From NCBI GenBank assembly GCA_051294375.1, contig CM119264.1, positions 5,321,962 through 5,385,961 on the forward strand: a stretch of DNA of 64,000 nucleotides, in the 5' to 3' direction. The stretch's first letter is position 1. Each line of letters opens with the position of its first letter. Position numbers and translations under genes: made by a program. Positions 54,752 to 64,000 of the stretch are shown piece by piece. The notes under the pieces were generated by a model. That model searched no databases. It had not been told where the DNA came from and saw only the letters and a program-made list of their open reading frames with translations. The stretch comes from Paraspadella gotoi. Taxonomy: Eukaryota > Animalia > Chaetognatha.

Positions 54752-57566
54752 TCACTTTGTTTCAGTCCAAAAGCAGAAAAAGGATTCTGCGGTTTTCGTT
54801 TCATGACTTTGCTTCTTTGTCTTCTCAAAATCAAATTTGAAATTAAATCGTGACGACATCAAGATGGCGGCGACCATGGCGTCGACCCCAATCGTGGCTT
54901 TCGCTCGTTCGAAAGTGTTTTCAGCGTCGAACAAAAAATTTTTCCTATGAGCGAAACGAAGGTTTGAATCGATAATTATATAGATTGCTATTTACATACC
55001 AATAATAAATTAATTACAATAATTAATAAAACTAAATTAAATCGAAACCAATCCTCTTAAATCTTCTCTTCTCACCTCGTGGTCGGTGATGTTTCCCCCG
55101 GTATGTAACTCGAAACGCCGGGTGCGTCGATCGGCGCTTTCGTCTTAAAAATCTTGTAGGTGGCGGCGACGTAACTGACGCCGTCGATCTTTGGGGACGC
55201 CACCTCGGCGTTTTCGGCGTCGTATTTCTTCACTTTGACGAGAACGCGGCGCGGAGAAGCCGACCGACGCCGCGCAACTCGTGGAGGCGGCGCCAGTGGA
55301 GGGCGCCCCCGAAGCCAAGAACAAAGCTCGTTGTCTTTGGCGAAGGAGTCGGGACTTCCTGTTTTTGCGAATATTTTAATCAATAATCGAATCAAAATTT
55401 ACTTTACTTTTTTAAGATTTTACTTACAATTATTTCTTATCGTCTTATTCTTTAAAATTGATATTAAAACTGTTTTAAGATCAGCAGTAAAACTATCGTT
55501 GTATTTCATTCCAATTTAGACGCCTTTTAAGAGCCGGATTAATGACAGAATGAGATTGTGTAAAGTGGTGTACATTTTAGAATGATAAAATATGTCTCAT
55601 ACATGTAGTCGCGGCATTGCCTAGGTTCACCCCGCCTATAAGCATGAGACCTTCAGTCCAGACCCCGTGGCTCATTGAGTAAAGCCATCAGCTCATGGAC
55701 CACCAAGGTACCGTGTTCAATCCCAACCTGGTACCTACCCTGCGGGAAGTGTGAGGACGGCCCGTAAGCCGCCTTGGGGCAGTGGCAACCCCTCAAGCCT
55801 GGTTCCAAGCCCAGGACCCTTTTCCATAGCTACTAAAGGGGGTTATAAAAGTTACGGATAGTCCATCTTCACCCCCACTTAGCGCCCTAACCCACATACA
55901 TCTTTTAGTCTTCCGACTCCATTCTCCCCCCCCCCACTCACCCGATCGGCATAAACGTCGCAGAAGAAAAACTCTCCTCCGTCCTTCAAGACTCTGAAGG
56001 CCCTCGCCCAGAGCCTTCGCTTTGTCCTCCACGAGGCTGATGACGCAATTGGAGATGACGACGTCGATGGAGGCGGAGGCGATGCCGGCCGAGTCGAGGG
56101 ACTGCGAAGGGTGGAAGGGAAAACCATTCGTTCGTTTCATTCATTCATTCATTCTTTTCATTCATTCATTCATTCATTCATTCATATCATTCATTCATTC
56201 TGCATTGTCATTCTTTCTCGTTTGTGTTCCATCCAAGACCTAACGACTTCCCCTCTGCGTTGGCAAAGCGAGACCGTCCTAGGGTAACCGCGCCAGTGAC
56301 TGGAATGCGTCTCTGGAGGTCGGATGCCCCCAAAGCCAACAATGAGATGCCCATCCAATGGCCATCACAGGCATCCCGACTGTTGCCATACTTTATCTTT
56401 TTACTTTTCTTGGTTCTGTCTTCCAAGTTTTTTCTCTGTACTTTTTCTCTCGCCTTATATCAATATCATTTATTTCTTCAACATTTTTTTTTAGATGCGA
56501 ATTCTGCTCTTCTGCCTCAACCCCGTCCGCTTACCACTCCGCGCTATCTCCCTTCTCTCTCTCTTTCTCTCCCACTCTCCGACTCTGGACTATCTATCTC
56601 TCTCTCTCCGTCTTCTTCATTCTCTCGCGCGTCCAGCCACTCCCCTCATCCCTCACCACCCACCTCCAACCGTCCTTCGACGAAAGCCACGTTCGGCCTC
56701 TCGAACCATAGACTTCCGCGTGCATAGTCCACGTGTTGACGAGCGACTTGAAGCTGTTGGGGAGTTCATGTTCGACGCCGGTGACGAAGCCGTCGCGCCG
56801 ACGAGGCTGGATGAGGAAAACGAAGACGTCCAGACCGGCGCGCAGCCGAGGTCCACACGCGGTCAGCCTGATGGGATATGTTAAATTGATATGTTAAAAA
56901 TCAAGAACGTAAGCCATGTGTTGCGACGCAGTGACTAAATTATTATTCGTGTGGATTTCCCTTTGATCATTAAAATAATATGACATGATATGAGATGACT
57001 TAACAAACTTTTTCTTGTCCATGTATTTATGAACATGCACTGCATAAAATACTTTTTATTCTTTATAGTTTTAGGAATTCCTGAAGGCAGCGCTAAAAAG
57101 TCTTAGATTTTAGATTTTTTTCTGTCTTAACAATAATGAGCCAAACTATGGCAATTATACATTTTTAACATAAAAGCGCGGACAGACCCACGGACAGAAC
57201 ATACAGAGATCGACGACCGGACAGACCGACAGAAAAAGTGATTATAGAGTTGCTCGCGAGTACTCGCGCGCAACTAAAAACCCCTCAGGTTAACGCCCTG
57301 CTCTTCCTTCGTCCACTTATAGCGGGAAGACTTTCTCCCTGCCAAACCTTCTTAAATCTCACCTTCAACCGCCTCCGAAGCAGCAGCGCCGCACCGTCTA
57401 GCGAGTACTGGCCTTGACATCCGGCGTGGGACAGGCGCAGGGCTGGCGAGCCTTTACTCGACGGAGCGCTGGGGCACTTAAGACGCATGCGGAAATCTCG
57501 AGGTCGGAATCGAGGAGACGAGAATTTCCGTAGGAATTTCCTGCCCGAAGCCTCGTGGGATGACAT
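54752..57566 (-). CDS. AS3MT: Arsenite methyltransferase copy D (5 exons; cleanest 3' exons)
   Basis: SLDSAGIASASIDVVISNCVISLVEDKAKAL, FRVLKDGGEFFFCDVYADR, SYVAATYKIFK, FDAENTF...VAAILMSSRF. Confidence 0.9.
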
Positions 57567-57776
57567 CACTAATAAGAAACTTACCTCTGGAGAAAAGTAA
57601 ATTCTTTCGTTTTCTCCTCTCTCTTTATTTTCCGTACTGTTTCTCCATTTCCATGTTTACTTATATCATTATGTGACATATATTCCTTATAATAATTGTT
57701 CGTACATAAAATTCATTGCAAAGCATTACGAACTAATGAAGTGTTTTATTTTCATAAATAAATCAAAATCTCTCTC

Positions 57777-57839
<63 letters not shown>

Positions 57840-58407
57840 CTCTCTCTTATTGTTTACTTTGGCCTCGACGAATGGGTGATTTTTAACAAATACGCGTAGA
57901 AATGATAGAAAATTATCTAGAAGCCATTTCGTTAAGGACAAACAAAAAAATCTGGCAGACAACACGACGATAAACTTATTTGTTCTTTAGCTCAAAACGA
58001 AGGTTAAACAAAATAACACCATAATAATTGGACGGTTACGTTTGTCAAATTTAAACCTCTTGATAAAAAATGGTAAATAGCCAAAATGGTTCGCAAGCAA
58101 AATCAGCATCGTAGCTTTTCGCGAACGTAACGAATTTTATGACGTTCACCAAAAAATTCAGGATTTCTAAAAACGATTTTGTCTGTGAAAATGTCTTGTG
58201 TGAAAGACTCGATCCCTTCCAAAAAATTTCGGTCAAACGCGACTTTTGCCTTTTTTTCTTTTTCACTTTTCTTTTGTTGTTGTAATTCTTTCTCCTTCGT
58301 TGTTGTTATTAGATTTATTATTTGTTTGAAATGTGAGACAAAATGGTGTGCAAAGAAGGGGACGGAAGAGAGGGAGAGAGAGAGAGAGAGAGAGGAAGTC
58401 GAGAGTG

Positions 58408-58462
<55 letters not shown>

Positions 58463-58721
58463 GATGAGAGAGAGAGGGAGAGGGCAAAGTTTCCAACACA
58501 GAGTTGAGAAAAACTTTGAAAATAAAAGAAAATAAGAATTTAGAAAAGTTTGAAATTGGTATAGTATCTACAATGAATTTATTTTTCACATTGAAAAAAC
58601 GGACTGTTCCTTTCAGTTTCAAGCCTTCATCAGCGTTAAGTACGTTTTGAATGTTGAGACAAAAATTTGTGCAAAAGAAGAGGGAGAGGAGAACAGAGAG
58701 ACGAAGAGTGAGAAACTTTGC

Positions 58722-58763
<42 letters not shown>

Positions 58764-60214
58764 CCTCTTCTTTTGCACAAATTTTGTCTCACATTTCAAA
58801 AACCCCGCTCATCAACCTAATTAACGCTGATGAAGGCTTGCACTGAAAGCCGAACATAAATTTGTCGTTGATACAAATTTCAAAATTTTATAAATTATTT
58901 TTCTTTTATTCTCAAAAGCTGAGGAGAATAAATGGAAATACTGTGGCGAATCCTAAATTCGCCTCCCGTATAGCTTGGTGAAACTCAGCCGTCCCATTGG
59001 CTTGGACAGCGAAGTTCACAACCTTGAGTTCTGGTCATCCCCTCACGGTCACGCTGGTTAAAGTGTGATGGTGTTGGCATAAACACGCCAGTGGACATGG
59101 GGTGGTCACTGCTGAGGTCCAAGCCCTGAGCGCCAGATGTCAGGACATGCCTCACACCCAGCATCACACATGTCCCTCCGTTGCCATATACTTCTTATAG
59201 ATATTTTATTTATAACTTAAAAAAAAACTTTTTTAATAACTTATTAAAATAACTTATTTATTCTATTCAATAAATAAACTAACTTGCCACTTGACTTTGG
59301 ACTTGTGAATCAGGACACCGTAAGTTTCAATCTAGACTCTCTCACAATCTATTAGCTCCAAGGTAACTCAGTAATTCACGTCCCTATCATTAAGAAATAC
59401 GAAATTATCCTCATAGTAAATAGACTATCTTGCCCTAACTCTTACCGAATATTTTTTGTAATTATATTGTAAATATTTCCCCTCAGATTTACTAAAAAGA
59501 TTCTTAAAAAAAAAAACAAATATGTTTTCAAATGAAATTGAAAAAAGAGGAAGCCAGATGAGAACAAAGTTTTCACTTTGTTTTACGGAAGGATCTTTTA
59601 CATTTACATTCTTGGTACTTAAAAGCTCATAATGAGAATTGTGTCGAGGCGACCAAATATCGTTCGATATTATTTTGAACGTTAGTTATCTTTTATGTAA
59701 ACATTGAGGGTCGAAGGCCAAACGTTGTCTATCACGACAACCTTTATCTCGCGAATCGACCGTTTAAAAAAAGTGATCGTTAAGTATTTCAACAATCTAT
59801 CAATTAATAGGGAAGCTTCTTCGCTTTATTTTTATTTTTAGTGCCATCAGTGCAATTAGTCTTGCTCAATACCCATTTATTGTTGAATGTCATATTGTTT
59901 AAATCGTTTTATCTTTTATCGTTTTAACTGTCAAATTGTCTCTTTTATTTCAGAAAAAAAAATTCTTTGCTTTAGGTGATTCTTTCGACTATAGACTTTT
60001 TTTTTCTGAAATAAAAGAGACAATTTGACAGTTAAACGATAAAGATAAAAACTAATAGACTGGTTATCAAAAGACAAGAAAACGGGTTTTTTTTCTCACT
60101 ACCTTTTAAAAAATGATTTAATTTCAATAAATCGCTTTTAATTTTTTTCTCTCAGCGCGAAAATTTTACCAATTTTGTTAAAATCATTTCGTCGACAATT
60201 CCTGAAGTTTCGAA

Positions 60215-61045
60215 ATGAAATCGTTGCCGCTCGTTCGGGGGCCAAGATGCCCATCTTGGGTTTGGGCACGTGGCATCACGGACCCAAGGGGGAAATGAAA
60301 GGGGCGTGGAGACGCCATTCGACTCGGTTTAGGCACATTGACTGCGCGCACATTTATCTCAACGAAAGGGTACGGGTTGTATTGATCAGTTGGGAGTCCC
60401 CTGTGGAAAACTGGACTCTCAAACTATACTATGCATAGATGATACTTATTAATAGAAAAATTTCACGAAAAATCTATGATTATAACAAATCTCTAGATTA
60501 TATATTTTTTTAAACTTTATTAAACAAAGAAAATAAATGAGTTTATAACACTTTTTTTTTCCAGAGGTCGGCGAAGCCTTGAAGAAGTGATGGGCAAAAG
60601 TCGAATTAAACTCGTCGATCGGTTTGAGACACGTATCCGGCTTCGTTCTCTCTGTTTAAAAGTTTTAAACAAAGTCGATTAGTTTAATATTTAGATTAAA
60701 TAGCACAAATTAGTTAAAATAATTGAGCACTTGAGAGATCGAGTCATTGACCGACTTTGAACGAAATGTAGTCTGAATAAAAATGTTAATTTTTTTTTAA
60801 ATTAGAAATAAATGTTTAAGACAGGAAATATTAATTGATATCGATTTAAAAAGGTCTATATTTTATGTTCCACCTTCTCCCTCGCTATCGTCAGAAGCGA
60901 TCTCTTTGTCCCCACCAAACTGTGGGGCATCGAGCACGAACCCCACCGCGTGAGGAGGCGTGTCGTCGACAGATGTCCGCTTCTCGGCCTCGATTATCTC
61001 GATCTCGATTACATTCATTGCCGACGCCTTTTGTTTACGGAGAAG
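60215..61045 (+). pseudogene. Truncated AKR duplicate (exons 1-3), same as 49777-50607
   Basis: Identical ORF-track translations at offset 10438. Confidence 0.8.
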
Positions 61046-61171
61046 GTGAACGACCGAGAATGAAGTGAGATCACGCTTCACAGGATTCAGAGATTCTAAT
61101 CGTGTCTCACTGGATCTTTTGTTCATTCGTTGAAATCAAGTACATTTTTGCTTTTTTTACTCTCTCTCTCT

Positions 61172-61251
<80 letters not shown>

Positions 61252-61737
61252 TCTCTTCTTTGGCACAATTTGTCTCACATTCAAACGAAATAATAAAATC
61301 AATAACACACGAAGAGGAAAGAATTACAACACAAAGAAAAAGTGAAAGAAAAAAAGGAAATCGGTTGACCGAAATTTTTTGGAAGGATCGAGTTTCACAG
61401 ATTTTCAAAGATTTTTTAGAAATCCTGATTTTTTGGTGAACGTCATAAAATTCGTTTACGGTCGCGAAAACTACGATGCTGACGTGCAACCATTTTGGCT
61501 ATTTACCATTTTTTATCAAGAGGTTAAATAATCACAAACTAACCCAATTATTTATGGTGGTAATATTTGTTTACCTTCGTTTTGAGCTAAAGAACAATAA
61601 GTTTATCGTCGTGTTGTCTCAGATTCTTTTGTTGCCTTAACGAATGCTTCTAGATAATTTGCTTATCAATTCTACCGCGATATTTGTAAAAATCACCCAT
61701 TCGTCGAAGCCAAAGTAAACAATAAGAGAGAAGAGAG

Positions 61738-61805
<68 letters not shown>

Positions 61806-61999
61806 ATTTATATGGAAAATAAAACACTTCATTAGTTCGTAAAATAGCTTGCATTAATTTTATTACGAACAATTATTATAAGGAATAATGTCACATAATG
61901 ATAATAAAGTAAACATGGAAATGAGAAAAAGTACGGAAAATAAGAGAGAGAGAGAAACGAAAGAATTTTACTTTTTCCAGAGGTAAGTTCTTATTAAGG

Positions 62000-63561
62000 A
62001 TGTATCCCACGAGCTTCGGTGCAGAAATTCTACGGAAATTTCTCTCTCCTCGACTTCCGACCTCGAGATTTCCGCGATGCGTCTTAAGCTGCCCCAGCCT
62101 CCGTCGAGTAAGGCTCGCCAGGCCCTGCGCCTTGTCCACCGGATGTCAAAGCCAAGTACTACGGCTGCGGCGCTGCTCTTCCGGAGGCGGTGGAGGTGAG
62201 ATCTTAAGAAGGTTTGCAGGGAGAAAGTCTTCCCCGCTATAAGTGGACGAAGGAAGGAGCAGGGCGTTAACTTGAGGGTTTTTAGTTGGCGCCGCGATAC
62301 TCGCGGAGCAACTCTATAAGTCACTTTTTGGTCGTCTGTCGGTCCGTCGATCTCTCCGTCGGTATGGTCTGTCCGTGGGTCTGTCCCGCTTATGTTAAAA
62401 ATGTATAATTTCCCATAGTTGCTCATTTGTTAAGACAGAAAAAAATCTAAAATCTAAGGACTTTAGCGCTGCCTTCAGGAATCCTAAAACTATAAAGAAT
62501 TAAAGAAGTAATTTGATGCAGTGCATGTCATAAATACATGGACAGAAAAAGTTTTTTTAGTCATCTCATATCATGTCATATTATTTATGATCAAAGGGAA
62601 ATCACACGAATATAAACTTTAAAGTCACTGCGTCGCAACAATTGGACTTACCGTTCTTGTTTTTAACATATCCAATTTAACAATATCCCCATCAGGCTTG
62701 CCGCGTGGTGACCTCGGCTGCGGCGGCGGTCTGGACGTCTTCGTCTCTCCAGCCTCGTCGGCGCGACGGCTTCGTCACCGGCGTCGACATGACTCCCCAA
62801 CAGCTTCAAGTCGTCGTCAACACGTGGACTATCACGCGGAAGTCTATGGGTTCGAGAACCGAACGTGGCTTTCGTCGAAGGACGGTTTGGAAGTGGGCGT
62901 GGTGAGGATGAGGGGAGTGGCTGGACGCGCGAGAGAATGAGAGACGGAGAGAGAGAGAAGATAGTCAGAGTCGGAGAGTGGGAGAGAAAGAGAGAGAGAA
63001 GGGAGAATAGCGGAGTGGTAACGGAGTGGTTGAGGCAGAAGAGAGAATTGCTAAAAAAATGTAGAAATAAATGATATGAAGGAGAGAAAAAAAAGTACAG
63101 AGAAAAAATTGGAAGACAGAACCAAGGAAAAGTAAAAAGATAAAGTATGGCAACATCGGATGCTGTGCATGGCTTGGGAGGGCATCTCATTGTTGGCTTT
63201 GGGGGCATCGACCCCAGAGACGCATTCAGTCACTGGCGCGGTTACCCTAGGACGGTCTCGCTTTGCCAACGCAGAGGGAGTCGTAGTCTGTGGATGGAAC
63301 ACAACGGAAAGAATGAATGATGAATGAATGAATGAATGAATGAAGAATGAATGAATGAAGAATGAATGAATGATGAACGAACGAATGGTTCCCCTTCCAC
63401 CCTTCGCAGTCCCTCGACTCGGCGCATCGCTCCGCTCCATCGACGTCGTCATCCCATTGCGTCATCAGCCTCGTGAGGACAAAGCGAAGGCTCTGGCGGA
63501 GGCCTTCAGAGTCTTGAAGGACGGAGGAGAGTTTTTTCTTCTGCACGTTTATGCCGATCGG
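62000..63561 (+). CDS. AS3MT: Arsenite methyltransferase copy E, exons 1-3 with indels; gene runs off the window in intron 3
   Basis: KYYGCGAALPEA, DGFVTGVDMTPQQLQV, EDKAKALAEAFRVLKDGGEFF. Confidence 0.85.
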
Positions 63562-64000
63562 GTGAGTGGGGGGGGGAGAATGGAGTCGGAAGACTAAAAG
63601 ATGTATGTGGTTAAGGCGCTAAGTGGGCTGAAGATGACTATCCGTAACTTTTATAACCCCCTTTAGTAGCTATGGAAAGGGTCCTGGCTTGGAACAGGCT
63701 GGGAGGGGTTGCACGCCCCCAAGGCGGCTTACGGCCGTCCTCACACTATCCGCAGGGTAGGTACCAGGTTGGGATTGAACACGGTACCTTGTNNNNNNNN
63801 NNNNNNNNNNNNNNNNNGGTCATGAGCTGATGGCTTTACTCAATGAGCCACGGGGTCTGGACTGAAGGTCTCATGCTTATAGGCGGGGTGAACCTAGGCA
63901 ATGCCCGACTACATGTATGAGACAATATTTATATTCTAAAATGTACACACTTTACACAATCTCATTCTGTCATTAATCCGGCTCTTAAAAGGCGTCTAAA

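Overview
Eukaryotic (most likely animal) genomic DNA from an indel-rich draft assembly, with AT-rich introns, CpG-rich exons, many GA/TC and GAC microsatellites and several N-gaps, five of them exactly 25 N. Nearly all ORF-track entries are spurious, so genes were rebuilt by hand from splice sites. Recognisable genes are: the last five exons (RhoGAP domain) of an ARHGAP39/Vilse orthologue (+, 22864-25864); a complete 9-exon AKR1-like aldo-keto reductase (-, 29579-32206); and an arsenite methyltransferase (AS3MT) present five times (three full-length minus copies, two plus copies) interleaved with three truncated AKR copies. The underlying unit looks like a real inverted duplication, AS3MT(-) / AKR promoter plus exons 1-3 (+) / AS3MT(+), because the two arms carry consistent diagnostic differences. 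The three-fold tandem repetition from 32877 onward contains apparently base-identical blocks and is probably at least partly an assembly artefact. The first 19 kb holds a ~5 kb direct duplication, a foldback MITE with a visible empty site, and candidate exons of a minus-strand gene ending in a hydrophobic (GPI-signal-like) tail. Several tRNA-derived or structured repeats and a small TATA-driven candidate transcript were also seen.
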